From: Flavobacteriaceae bacterium
GTDB taxonomy: Bacteria; Bacteroidota; Bacteroidia; Flavobacteriales; Flavobacteriaceae
DNA length: 64,000 nt
Reading direction: 5' to 3'
Assembly (NCBI GenBank): GCA_021647835.1
Contig: JAKITY010000001.1
Coordinates: 8,718-72,717 of the forward strand
The notes below the pieces were generated by a model. That model saw only the letters and a list, made by a program, of their open reading frames with translations, was not told the origin of the DNA and did no database searches. The position numbers were made by a program, and so were the translations under genes. Positions 1 through 9,141 of the stretch are shown here, piece after piece; the stretch's first letter is position 1, and each line of letters begins with the position of its first letter.

Positions 1-1746
1 TCTGGCACAAAAAAATGGGCTAAACTAACAACAGACAACGCGAATGGAGGTTTTGTTGCTGTAGTTCTTGACAATGAAGTACACTCTGCACCAAGAGTAA
101 ACGATCCTATTTTAGCAGGAAGCACTTCTATTTCTGGCGGAAATATGACCATAGAAGAAGCTGAAGATTTAGCAAACGTATTAAAAGCAGGTAAACTTCC
201 TGCTGCTGCACACATTATACAATCTGCAGTTGTTGGTGCGTCATTAGGACAAAAAGCAATTAAGAGCAGTTTTGTTTCTTTCGGAATTGCACTTTTATTA
301 ATTTTAATATGGATGGTGTTTTATTATGGCAAAGCAGGTTTGGTTGCAAACATTGCTTTGGCAGTAAATATCCTATTCCTTTTTGGATGGTTAGCATCAT
401 TTGGAGCAGTACTTACTTTGCCTGGAATTGCAGGAATTATCTTAACCATTGGTATGTCAGTAGATGCAAACGTAATTATATTTGAACGTATCAAAGAAGA
501 ACTTAGAGGTGGAAAAGGGTTGAAAGAAGCAATTGCTGGAGGATATAGTTTTAAAGGGGCCTTATCTGCAATTTTAGATGCCAATGTTACAACAATGCTT
601 ACAGGTATTATTTTATTTGTATTTGGCACAGGACCAATTAAAGGTTTTGCATATACACTAATCTTAGGTATTGTAACTTCCTTTTTTACAGCAGTATTTA
701 TCTCTCGTTTATTATTAGATTGGTACACAAGCAAAGGAAACAAATTAACGTTTAACACAAACATTACCAAAAACTGGTTCCAAAATATAAGTGTAGATTT
801 TTTAAAGAAACGTAAGATTGCTTATATTATATCTGGAGTTGTAATTGCAGCTGGAATTGCTTCATTGGTAACAAACAGTTTAAATTATGGTGTAGATTTT
901 ATTGGAGGACGTTCATATATCGTTAAGTTTGATCAACCAATGAATGCAACAGAAGTTGCAGGAACATTGAAAGATGCTTTTGGTGACGCTCCTGAAGTAA
1001 AAACGTATGGTAATTCTAGTCAATTAAAAATTACCACAAAATATAAAATCGAAGAAGAAGGAAGTGAAATAGATGGAGAAGTAAGAGATCTATTATTCAA
1101 AGGCTTGCAATCATACTTACCTGACGGAACAACTTTAGATCAATTTAAAGTAGATTATGAAGGCACAAGAACTGCAGGAATAGAAAGTAAAATGAAAGTA
1201 GAACCAACTATTGCAGATGATATTAAAACGGCTGCAGGATGGGCAATTGTCGGATCGTTATTAGTTGTATTCTTATATATTCTATTAAGGTTTAGAAAAT
1301 GGCAATACAGTTTAGGTGCAGTTGCGGCAGTATTCCACGATGTATTAATTGTATTGGCTATATTTTCACTTGGTTATAAATTCATGCCATTTGATATGGA
1401 AATAGGTCAATCATTTATTGCCGCAATACTAACCGTTGTAGGTTATTCTCTAAATGATACTGTGGTTATTTTTGATAGAATTAGAGAATTTACTAATACA
1501 CACAGTTCATGGAAATATTCTAAAATCGTAAACAGCGCATTGAGTACAACTTTAGGGAGAACAATCAACACGTCAATCACAACATTAGTCGTATTGTCAG
1601 CAATTTTCTTCTTTGGTGGAGATTCCATCAAAGGATTTATGTTTGCATTGATTGTTGGTGTTATTGTAGGTACTTATTCATCATTATTTATTGCATCACC
1701 AATAATGTATGACACTTCAAAAAAATTAAATGAAGGCAAAAAATAA
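1..1746 (+). CDS. secDF: Protein translocase subunit SecDF (fused), 5'-truncated by window edge
   Basis: Frame is open from base 1 (SGTKKWAKLTTDN...). SecD motif GMSVDANVIIFERIKEE and SecF motifs GVDFIGG and GYSLNDTVVIFDRIRE occur in one ORF. Confidence 0.97.
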   Translation, partial: SGTKKWAKLTTDNANGGFVAVVLDNEVHSAPRVNDPILAGSTSISGGNMTIEEAEDLANVLKAGKLPAAAHIIQSAVVGASLGQKAIKSSFVSFGIALLLILIWMVFYYGKAGLVANIALAVNILFLFGWLASFGAVLTLPGIAGIILTIGMSVDANVIIFERIKEELRGGKGLKEAIAGGYSFKGALSAILDANVTTMLTGIILFVFGTGPIKGFAYTLILGIVTSFFTAVFISRLLLDWYTSKGNKLTFNTNITKNWFQNISVDFLKKRKIAYIISGVVIAAGIASLVTNSLNYGVDFIGGRSYIVKFDQPMNATEVAGTLKDAFGDAPEVKTYGNSSQLKITTKYKIEEEGSEIDGEVRDLLFKGLQSYLPDGTTLDQFKVDYEGTRTAGIESKMKVEPTIADDIKTAAGWAIVGSLLVVFLYILLRFRKWQYSLGAVAAVFHDVLIVLAIFSLGYKFMPFDMEIGQSFIAAILTVVGYSLNDTVVIFDRIREFTNTHSSWKYSKIVNSALSTTLGRTINTSITTLVVLSAIFFFGGDSIKGFMFALIVGVIVGTYSSLFIASPIMYDTSKKLNEGKK

Positions 1747-1766
1747 AATGCCTTTCTAAATAACAT

Positions 1767-1800
1767 ATAAAACCGTTCCGATGATTCAGAACGGTTTTAT
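1767..1800 (+). terminator. Intrinsic terminator after secDF
   Basis: ATAAAACCGTTC...GAACGGTTTTAT 12-bp inverted repeat followed by a T-rich run. Confidence 0.8.
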
Positions 1801-1827
1801 TATTTTTGTTTTATATAAATTCAGATT

Positions 1828-2940
1828 ATGAGTGTTATAAAATTACACGACAGTTATTTCAAACCATATATTTCTAAACAGAAAATAGATAAAATCATAC
1901 AAAAAATGGTCAAGCAAATTTCTGCTGACTGCAAAGGTGAAACACCTATTTTTATTGGAATATTGAACGGCTCATTTATGTTTGTCGCTGATTTTATCAG
2001 AAAGTATGATGGTGAATGCGAAGTCTCTTTTGTAAAACTCGCATCTTATGAAGGTACAAAATCTACAGGAACTGTAAATGAATTGGTTGGCATTAATGAA
2101 GATCTTACAGGACGTACAGTAGTAATCCTTGAAGATATTATTGATACAGGAAGTACACTTCAAAAAATATATGATGTTTTTAAAGATAGGAATGTAAAAA
2201 CACTAAAAATAGCAACACTTTTCTTTAAACCAGATGTTTTTACTAAAGCATTACCAATAGATTATATCGGACTTTCAATTCCTGATGAGTTTATTATAGG
2301 TTACGGATTAGATTATAACAACTTAGGAAGAAATTTAGCAAGTATCTATAAAATAACAAAAAAAAAAATGACAAATATTGTATTATTTGGACCTCCTGGA
2401 GCAGGAAAAGGAACACAAGCAACACTTTTAAAAGAAAAATATGGATTGATTCATATTTCTACAGGAGATGTGTTTAGATATAATATAAAAAATCAAACTG
2501 AACTTGGACTATTAGCCAAATCATATATGGATAAAGGAAATTTAGTTCCTGATGAAGTAACCATAAATATGTTGGAGACTGAAGTTGATAAAAGCCCTAA
2601 TGCGAAAGGTTTTATTTTTGATGGTTTTCCAAGAACAGCATCACAAGCAAAAGCATTAGATCTATTTTTAGCAAAAAAAGGAGAAATTATTGACGGAATG
2701 GTAGCGCTAGAAGTTCCTGAAGATTTATTAGTCGAAAGATTATTAGAAAGAGGGAAAACAAGCGGAAGACCTGATGATCAAGACGAAAAAAAAATCAGAA
2801 ATAGATTTAACGAATACAATACCAAAACTGCTATTTTAAAAGATTATTATGCAAAACAAGATAAGTATTTTGGTGCTGATGGTGTTGGCTCAATAAAAGA
2901 AATTACTGTACGATTGAGCGAAATTATAGATACTATATAA
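1828..2940 (+). CDS. hpt-adk: Hypoxanthine phosphoribosyltransferase - adenylate kinase fusion
   Basis: N-half has the PRPP-binding VVILEDIIDTGST and GYGLDY motifs. C-half starts MTNIVLFGPPGAGKGTQ with HISTGD and DGFPRT. The junction is an A11 run before ATG 2368. Confidence 0.93.
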   Translation: MSVIKLHDSYFKPYISKQKIDKIIQKMVKQISADCKGETPIFIGILNGSFMFVADFIRKYDGECEVSFVKLASYEGTKSTGTVNELVGINEDLTGRTVVILEDIIDTGSTLQKIYDVFKDRNVKTLKIATLFFKPDVFTKALPIDYIGLSIPDEFIIGYGLDYNNLGRNLASIYKITKKKMTNIVLFGPPGAGKGTQATLLKEKYGLIHISTGDVFRYNIKNQTELGLLAKSYMDKGNLVPDEVTINMLETEVDKSPNAKGFIFDGFPRTASQAKALDLFLAKKGEIIDGMVALEVPEDLLVERLLERGKTSGRPDDQDEKKIRNRFNEYNTKTAILKDYYAKQDKYFGADGVGSIKEITVRLSEIIDTI

Positions 2941-2943
2941 ATT

Positions 2944-3008
2944 GTTTGGAGTTTATAGTTTGGAGTTGAGCACAACTTTTAAACTTTTAAACTTTCAACT
3001 TTCAAACT
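2944..3008. repeat. Degenerate 7-8 nt tandem repeats in inverted arrangement
   Basis: AGTTT(GG/AT) units followed by (A/C)AACTTT units between adk and obgE. Confidence 0.6.
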
Positions 3009-3014
3009 AATAAA

Positions 3015-4007
3015 ATGACTGAAGGAAATTTTGTCGATTACGTAAAAATTCATGCTGCTTCTGGTAAAGGAGGCAAAGGTTCTGTGCATTTGCATCGTGA
3101 AAAATTCATCACCAAAGGAGGTCCTGACGGTGGAGATGGTGGTCGTGGAGGTCATGTGATTGTACGTGCCAACAAAGGAATGTGGACGTTGATTCATCTG
3201 AAATTCAAAAAACACTTCAAAGCAGATCATGGAGGTCATGGAAGTAAAAGTCGAAGTACAGGAAAAGACGGAAGAGATGTCTATATCGATGTACCTTTAG
3301 GTACGATTGTTAGAAATGCAGAAACTGACGAAGTCATTTTTGAAATTACTCATGATGGAGAAGAAATAATTTTATCTGAAGGAGGAATGGGAGGACGTGG
3401 TAACTGGCATTTTAAATCTTCTACCAATCAAACACCAAGATATGCGCAGCCTGGAATTGATGGTCAAGAAAATTGGTATCAACTTGAATTAAAAATATTG
3501 GCAGATGTAGGTTTGGTTGGATTTCCAAATGCAGGGAAATCAACACTTTTATCTGTTTTAACATCAGCAAAACCAAAAATTGCAGACTATGCTTTTACTA
3601 CTTTAAAGCCAAATCTTGGAATTGTAGAATACAGAGGTTATAAAAGTTTTGTAATGGCAGATATTCCTGGAATTATTGAAGGCGCTGCCGAAGGAAAAGG
3701 TCTTGGACATCGGTTTTTAAGACATATTGAACGTAATTCTACACTACTGTTTTTAATTCCTGCGGATAGTAACGACATCAATAAAGAGTACGATATTTTA
3801 TTAAACGAACTCAAAAAACACAATCCTGAATTGCTCGATAAAGAACGTTTATTAGTGATTTCAAAATCTGATATGCTTGATGATGAGTTACAAGCAGAAA
3901 TAGAACAAGACCTACCAACGACTATTCCGCATTTATTTATCTCTTCTATTGCTCAAAAAGGATTGGTAGAATTGAAGGATGTGCTTTGGAAAATGTTGAA
4001 TGATTAG
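3015..4007 (+). CDS. obgE: GTPase ObgE/CgtA
   Basis: [12 protein letters not shown] Obg fold, [13 protein letters not shown] and DIPG motifs. Confidence 0.98.
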   Translation: MTEGNFVDYVKIHAASGKGGKGSVHLHREKFITKGGPDGGDGGRGGHVIVRANKGMWTLIHLKFKKHFKADHGGHGSKSRSTGKDGRDVYIDVPLGTIVRNAETDEVIFEITHDGEEIILSEGGMGGRGNWHFKSSTNQTPRYAQPGIDGQENWYQLELKILADVGLVGFPNAGKSTLLSVLTSAKPKIADYAFTTLKPNLGIVEYRGYKSFVMADIPGIIEGAAEGKGLGHRFLRHIERNSTLLFLIPADSNDINKEYDILLNELKKHNPELLDKERLLVISKSDMLDDELQAEIEQDLPTTIPHLFISSIAQKGLVELKDVLWKMLND

Positions 4008-4054
4008 GTAGGCACTAATTTTACGGGTTTTCTCAAACTCATTTATTAGTTATT

Positions 4055-4142
4055 ACACAGGGTTTTACAGAGAAACACGGAGATTCACAGAGGTTTTTTC
4101 TTTGCGAACTTTGCGACAAAACTTTGTGTGCTTTGCGGTTAA
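4055..4142. repeat. Short-period repeats: ~10-nt CAC(A/G)GAG units and 9-nt CTTTGCG units
   Basis: cacaggg/tacagagaaa/cacggagatt/cacagagg followed by ctttgcgaa-ctttgcgac...ctttgtgtg-ctttgcggtt. Confidence 0.65.
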
Positions 4143-4149
4143 TCAGTCA

Positions 4150-4620
4150 TTAATTCTTCACAACAATAGGCAAGGTAAACTCCGTAGTAACAGGTATTCC
4201 GCGTTTTATCGCTGGTTTTAGTAACGGCAAACTATTAATTCCTCTTGAAATCAAACTATCCAATTTTGGAATTTGACTTTTGATGAATTCTGAAGATTGT
4301 AAATCAGTCAAACTTGTTTTTCCTGTTTTATCAATGTTAATTTTAACTAAAATAGTGTCGTTAATAATCTCAGAAGTGACTATTTGATAATCCGATAATG
4401 ATGCGTAAATATGTTCTGATAATTTTATTTGCGAACATATTTTCTGTTTTTCTTGCGATGGAATACTATCACAACTTGGAAACAACGGAAAAACATCTAC
4501 AGAATTATAATCAACAATTGTATCAATAGCAATTGTCGGAGTAAATTCTTTCTTTTTAAAAAACTCACACGAAGTCAATAAAAATCCACAAAAAAGAACA
4601 ATAAAAGCGCGTTGGTACAT
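4150..4620 (-). CDS. Hypothetical lipoprotein with TonB C-terminal-like domain
   Basis: Lipobox LLTSC, VDVFPLFPSC, and C-terminal PAIKRGIPVTTEFTLPI resembling flavobacterial TonB-C domains. Confidence 0.7.
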   Translation of the reverse strand: MYQRAFIVLFCGFLLTSCEFFKKKEFTPTIAIDTIVDYNSVDVFPLFPSCDSIPSQEKQKICSQIKLSEHIYASLSDYQIVTSEIINDTILVKINIDKTGKTSLTDLQSSEFIKSQIPKLDSLISRGINSLPLLKPAIKRGIPVTTEFTLPIVVKN

Positions 4621-4658
4621 CTGTTTTAATTGATGACTGAAAAGTACAACTTTTTCTT

Positions 4659-5915
4659 CTAATCCAGAATTTCACCTTCTAAAAAGTATTCCTTTTTAAT
4701 TTCGTTAGCACGTTGCTTTGCATAATCCGTCATTTTTTTATCACGCTCTTCAAACTTATCAATATATTTTTGATAATGTTTATACGCTATTTTCTTGTCT
4801 TTATAATAGATTTCTGAAGTTGTAGCCAACTCAAATAATGCTTTGTAATTTTGACTATTATTCTGAAAAGATTTCTCAAAATTAACAATAGCCATTTTTA
4901 ATTTATTATCTTCTTTTAAAATTATTGCTAATAGATAATACTGCCTGTCTAAATCAGGTTTCCCGTAATAAATTGAACTTATTACTTTGTACATTGCCTT
5001 TTTATTCTCTTTTCTCTTATAATACAAACTTGCCAAACGATATGTAATTGTCGAATTTCTCCGATCAATTTTCAGTGCTTTCTTAAAATACTTTTCCGCC
5101 ATTATATCATCATCCAATTTTAAATAAGCCATGCCAAACATGTCAAAAGTATTTACTGATTTATAATTCAAACTATCCAATCGTTTTAGATGTTTTATTG
5201 CGCCTTTATAATCTTTAGACGCATATAACGAATTTGCTTTTAATTGATTGAAATTGATACTGTTTTTATCAATTTTTAATCCTTTATCGATAAATAGTTT
5301 CGTGGAATCTTTAAACTTTAAGTCCTTGAAAAATTTAGCCAATCTATAAATGCTTTTGATGTGCATAGAATCTCTTTTAAAGGCTTCTAAATAACTGTCT
5401 CCCATCTCAAAAAGTTTCTTTTGCCTTCCTAAAGCAACTCCTAATTGATACGGATAATTTGGATTCAGTGTGTCTTTTTTCTTTAAATACTGATAAATTT
5501 CTGCTGCTTTTTTTATTTGGCGATTTGACAGATACAATTTCCCTAAACTATTGGCTACCAATAAATTTGTAGAATCTTTTTGGATAATTTCTTCATAAAT
5601 TTTAATAGCATTCAACGACAATCCTGCTGAATTATACGTCTTACCTAACTTTACTTTAATAGCATCTATTTCTTTAATTTTCAATGCTTTTACATAAAAC
5701 TCAATTGCTTTATTATGATTTCCAATAGATTGATAAATACTCGCCGTTTTATCAAAATTAGTAATCGTTTTTATTTCTTGATGCTCTAAATGTTTTAGCG
5801 CTTTTTGATAATTTCCTTGCAATAACAAACTATCTACAACCTTAACAACCAAAACTTGCGCTTCGGTTGTGAAAGAAATGATTAAAACTAGTATTGTGAT
5901 TATTTTCTTTTTCAT
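4659..5915 (-). CDS. Secreted tetratricopeptide-repeat protein
   Basis: Signal peptide and repeated TPR-like helices (GNHNKAIEFYVKAL, AEKYFKKALKID). Confidence 0.85.
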   Translation of the reverse strand: MKKKIITILVLIISFTTEAQVLVVKVVDSLLLQGNYQKALKHLEHQEIKTITNFDKTASIYQSIGNHNKAIEFYVKALKIKEIDAIKVKLGKTYNSAGLSLNAIKIYEEIIQKDSTNLLVANSLGKLYLSNRQIKKAAEIYQYLKKKDTLNPNYPYQLGVALGRQKKLFEMGDSYLEAFKRDSMHIKSIYRLAKFFKDLKFKDSTKLFIDKGLKIDKNSINFNQLKANSLYASKDYKGAIKHLKRLDSLNYKSVNTFDMFGMAYLKLDDDIMAEKYFKKALKIDRRNSTITYRLASLYYKRKENKKAMYKVISSIYYGKPDLDRQYYLLAIILKEDNKLKMAIVNFEKSFQNNSQNYKALFELATTSEIYYKDKKIAYKHYQKYIDKFEERDKKMTDYAKQRANEIKKEYFLEGEILD

Positions 5916-5935
5916 TGTTTTAATATTAATATGTA

Positions 5936-6046
5936 CGTCACTTCGAGTGTTTTAATGAAATGATAACGAAATTAAAATGTATCGAGAAGTGTTTAACTGT
6001 TCTCGATACAATTTTCTCATAAAATCGAAAACCACTCGAACTGACG
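5936..6046. repeat. REP/MITE-like palindromic element (GTCA-end family)
   Basis: Outer arms CGTCACTTCGAGTG / CACTCGAACTGACG and inner arms TGTATCGAGAA / TTCTCGATACA. Confidence 0.8.
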
Positions 6047-6051
6047 ATATT

Positions 6052-7572
6052 CTACTCTACATTAAAAGAAATCGGCAACATATATATTACATTCACTTTT
6101 TCACCATTATGCTCTCCTGGAATCATTCTAGGCAAACTATTAATAACACGTTTTGCCTCGGTTTCAAGTTCTGGTTTTGGTGCTCTTGCTCCAAGAATTT
6201 CAATATCTCCAGTTTTAGTGATTTTAAACTGTACATAAATTTTTTGCTTTCCCGATAAGCCTAAGTTTTTTGCTATATCAACATTAAAATTCTCTTGTAC
6301 GTGTTCTTGAAAACTTCTATTTAAACAATCTTTTAATGATTGATTATCTCCTGTACAACCTGGAAACTGTGGCACATTATCAATTACTGCGAAAGAAACG
6401 TTCTCTCCATACTCTTCAATTTCTAAACGCGTTTCTGATCTATCTCTCTTAAACAATTTAACAAAAAGCACCCGTTCTCCTTCCTCATTTATTACAACTT
6501 GGAATTCCATTTTACTTCCAGTTTCCTTGACTGAATAATCCATTCTATCATACATTTCCTTCTCCTTATCAGTATACTCTTCAAAGGGTACTACTTCACC
6601 TTTTAAACTTTTCCCAATAAAAAGAACAATAGAACCATTCTTAGGTCTAAAATATTTTCCTTCTGTGATTTCATCACCTTTTAGAAGTTCTTTTTCAACT
6701 TCATTAAATAATTGCTGATCTTCATTTGTACAAGAAGTATAAAACAACATACTCGCTAATAAAGGCACTAATACCAAATACTTTAACTGTTTCATTTTCT
6801 GTGATTTTTCTTTTGTAATCATAATAATACGTTTTTTAATTAATGAATGTTTATAAAATTGGTTGACAAAACTGATGTTTTCCACATTAAAAGTTGTTGC
6901 CAATAAATTGTTGAAATATGTTTTTTTATCGCTTTCTTTGACTACTTCAGCATCAGAAATATACTCGTGTAATAGCGTTATTCTTTTCTGATAGATATAA
7001 ATCATAGGATTGAACCACATCAAAATCTTAAGCAATTCAAAAAATATTAAATCCGCTGTGTGATACTGCTTACAATGCACCAATTCATGTTCTATGATAT
7101 TTAATTCTTCTTTTTTTGCCAATGTTTTGTCAATAAAAATATACTTGAAAAACGAAAATGCTGAAGGTTGATTATTCAACAAAATCAAGGTGTAATTTTC
7201 TTTTTTGATGACATTATTTGAAATAATTAAACGAACAATTCGAGTTAATTTTATCAAAAACAAAATAGTAACAACAGCAATTCCTATATAAAAAAGGATG
7301 TTTAAATAGTTGAATGTTTCTATACTGTTTGATGTCCGTTCAATCGCTTTTTGAGGGTTTAGCACAACTTCTGGCAAGAGAATTACATAATCTTGCGGAA
7401 TCGTTTGTTGCAAACTTTCAAATTTTAACAACGGAATGATAAACGACAAGATTGGTGTTATTAATAAGTAGACTCTATTCCACCTAAAAAATGTTTCTTT
7501 CTTTAAAAACAAGTCATACACTGCGAGAAACAATATTTGAAATAATACGATTTGGACTATATAATTTATCAT
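6052..7572 (-). CDS. BlaR1-like M56 family metallopeptidase with C-terminal TonB-C-like domain
   Basis: N-terminal TM helices, HELVH (HExxH), WFNP, HEYISD, SLIKKRIIM and a TonB-C-like tail (VPQFPGC...YMLPISF). Confidence 0.9.
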   Translation of the reverse strand: MINYIVQIVLFQILFLAVYDLFLKKETFFRWNRVYLLITPILSFIIPLLKFESLQQTIPQDYVILLPEVVLNPQKAIERTSNSIETFNYLNILFYIGIAVVTILFLIKLTRIVRLIISNNVIKKENYTLILLNNQPSAFSFFKYIFIDKTLAKKEELNIIEHELVHCKQYHTADLIFFELLKILMWFNPMIYIYQKRITLLHEYISDAEVVKESDKKTYFNNLLATTFNVENISFVNQFYKHSLIKKRIIMITKEKSQKMKQLKYLVLVPLLASMLFYTSCTNEDQQLFNEVEKELLKGDEITEGKYFRPKNGSIVLFIGKSLKGEVVPFEEYTDKEKEMYDRMDYSVKETGSKMEFQVVINEEGERVLFVKLFKRDRSETRLEIEEYGENVSFAVIDNVPQFPGCTGDNQSLKDCLNRSFQEHVQENFNVDIAKNLGLSGKQKIYVQFKITKTGDIEILGARAPKPELETEAKRVINSLPRMIPGEHNGEKVNVIYMLPISFNVE

Positions 7573-7940
7573 TTTTCTGTCTTTTTGTCATTAATTAACT
7601 CTAAAATATGCTCTAATTCTTTTATATCAACATCGTTTTTCTTTACAAAAAACGACACCATACTTTTAAAAGAACCCTCAAAATAACCATCTACCAATTT
7701 GTGTAAACTTTGGTTTGTGTAGTCTGTTTTCTTAATTATCGGATGGTAAATATAACCTCTACCTTTTGCCTTATGCGATACAAATTCTTTGGTTTCTAGT
7801 ATTCTAATAATCGTAGAAACAGTGTTGTACGCTGGTTTTGGCACAGGTAACTGCTCAATAATTTCTTTTACTGATGCTTCTTCGAGTTGCCATAAAACTT
7901 GCATCAACTGCTCTTCTGCTTTTGTTAATTGTTTTGTCAT
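7569..7940 (-). CDS. BlaI/MecI/CopY family transcriptional repressor
   Basis: LTKAEEQLMQVLW and PAYNTVSTIIRILETK motifs; 4-nt overlap with the M56 gene. Confidence 0.95.
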   Translation of the reverse strand: MTKQLTKAEEQLMQVLWQLEEASVKEIIEQLPVPKPAYNTVSTIIRILETKEFVSHKAKGRGYIYHPIIKKTDYTNQSLHKLVDGYFEGSFKSMVSFFVKKNDVDIKELEHILELINDKKTEK

Positions 7941-7946
7941 AATTTC

Positions 7947-8011
7947 AACTAATCTTTTAGTTTGATATTACAAATATAACTAAATTCTTAGTTTAAACTA
8001 ATTTTTTAGTT
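7947..8011. promoter_or_regulatory. Three AACTA-N6-TAGTT operators around the blaI -7 promoter
   Basis: Palindromes at 7947-7962, 7978-7993 and 7996-8011; TATATTTG on the minus strand at 7971-7978. Confidence 0.8.
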
Positions 8012-8028
8012 GATTTATTTTTTGGAAT

Positions 8029-8055
8029 AAAAAAATCCGAAGTAAAAACTTCGGA
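8029..8055 (-). terminator. Intrinsic terminator, minus strand, with no upstream CDS
   Basis: TCCGAAGT/ACTTCGGA stem with an A7 run on the left, giving a U tail on the minus strand. Confidence 0.65.
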
Positions 8056-8076
8056 ATAAAAAACAATATTTTACTT

Positions 8077-8115
8077 ATCATTCACACCGTGACTCGAAGT
8101 CACAGTGTGAATGAT
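8077..8115. other. Long hairpin
   Basis: ATCATTCACAC-C-GTGACT/AGTCAC-A-GTGTGAATGAT. The single mismatch is a G-U pair only on the minus strand. Confidence 0.7.
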
Positions 8116-8338
8116 GAATGGTTTTCAACTTCTCTAGAAAAAAGAAAAAACTAGCACCTAAGATCAAAGACCTAAGATTTAACACCAAAGACCAAAATCA
8201 ATTTATATTATATAAGCATCATTAAGAACTCTAAAAACACCTTTTAGTAGGCGAATAAATTACAATTAAGATGTCCTACTTTTTTTAGCACGATTATTGT
8301 TATATTGCAAGTAATAACAATAAACACACAAACAACAT

Positions 8339-8848
8339 ATGGATATTTTCTTGCTCTTTTTAGGCTTCTTTTTCGTTTTACTCGGAATTATAGGCTCCTT
8401 TTTACCCGTTCTTCCAGGACCAATTACTGGCTGGATCGGACTACTTATATTACACTTAACTAAAGTCATACCAATGGATTGGACGTTTCTAGGAATAACA
8501 TTAGCCATTGCAGTTATCATTTGGGGACTTGACTATGTCATTCCTGCTTGGGGAACCAAGAAATTTGGCGGAAGCAAATACGGAATTTGGGGAACAGTCT
8601 TTGGATTAATCCTCGGAATTATATTTTTAGGACCTCTTGGAATTATTATTGGTCCTTTTGCTGGGGCTTTTATTGGAGAAATGATTCATGATAGCACTGA
8701 TAGTAAGAAAGCTGTCAAAGCAGCATTTGGCTCTTTTATAGGTTTTATGCTTTCTACAGGATTGAAATTTTTGATAAGTATTATTTTTGTTGGGTTGTAC
8801 TTGTCTAAATTTTGGGATTATAAAGATGTTTTCTTTTCGACAAACTAG
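8339..8848 (+). CDS. DUF456 family membrane protein
   Basis: LPVLPGP, TKKFGGSKYG and GPFAGAFIGE motifs; highly hydrophobic. Confidence 0.88.
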   Translation: MDIFLLFLGFFFVLLGIIGSFLPVLPGPITGWIGLLILHLTKVIPMDWTFLGITLAIAVIIWGLDYVIPAWGTKKFGGSKYGIWGTVFGLILGIIFLGPLGIIIGPFAGAFIGEMIHDSTDSKKAVKAAFGSFIGFMLSTGLKFLISIIFVGLYLSKFWDYKDVFFSTN

Positions 8849-8852
8849 ATTT

Positions 8853-9011
8853 AGTCATTTCGAACGAGTAACGAGGAGAAACCGATAGGTTTTCAGCGAA
8901 ACATTAAAAAAACAATAAGAAAAGAAAGAGTTAAATCGCATCATATTGCTCAATTACACAAATCAAAACGTGATTCTCAGTATGCGATTTCTCCTGCTGG
9001 TCGAAATGACT
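8853..9011. repeat. REP/MITE-like element (GTCA-end family) with ~110-bp spacer
   Basis: Perfect 11-bp terminal inverted repeat AGTCATTTCGA / TCGAAATGACT plus inner GGAGAAA / TTTCTCC. Confidence 0.7.
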
Positions 9012-9035
9012 GAGCCGAACAAAACGTTACAAAAC

Positions 9036-9138
9036 AAAAAAAGCGTCCCGAAGTTCGGGAAGCTTTCCATTGGTTTATAAAAACCTTTCGACACACTAAT
9101 GTGTCGAAACAACACAACTCTGTACTTTTACATACAGA
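9036..9138 (-). ncRNA. Candidate ~100-nt trans-acting sRNA divergent from lysS
   Basis: TATCTTTG promoter at 9142-9149(-), hairpin 1 (9119-9138), single-stranded GUUGUGUUG, 10-bp hairpin 2 (9086-9109) and GC-rich terminator with U7 (9036-9066). No ORF in the track. Confidence 0.7.
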
Positions 9139-9141
9139 CTA

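Noticed and set aside
324-770. 148-aa minus-strand ORF inside secDF, and similar short nested ORFs throughout the track
   Set aside because: Antisense artefacts of real genes.
4055-4142. Possible mini-CRISPR in the repeated units
   Set aside because: Units are 9-10 nt with no unique spacers, and no cas genes are present.
5977-6258. 93-aa plus-strand ORF
   Set aside because: Starts inside the REP element and runs antisense into the M56 gene.
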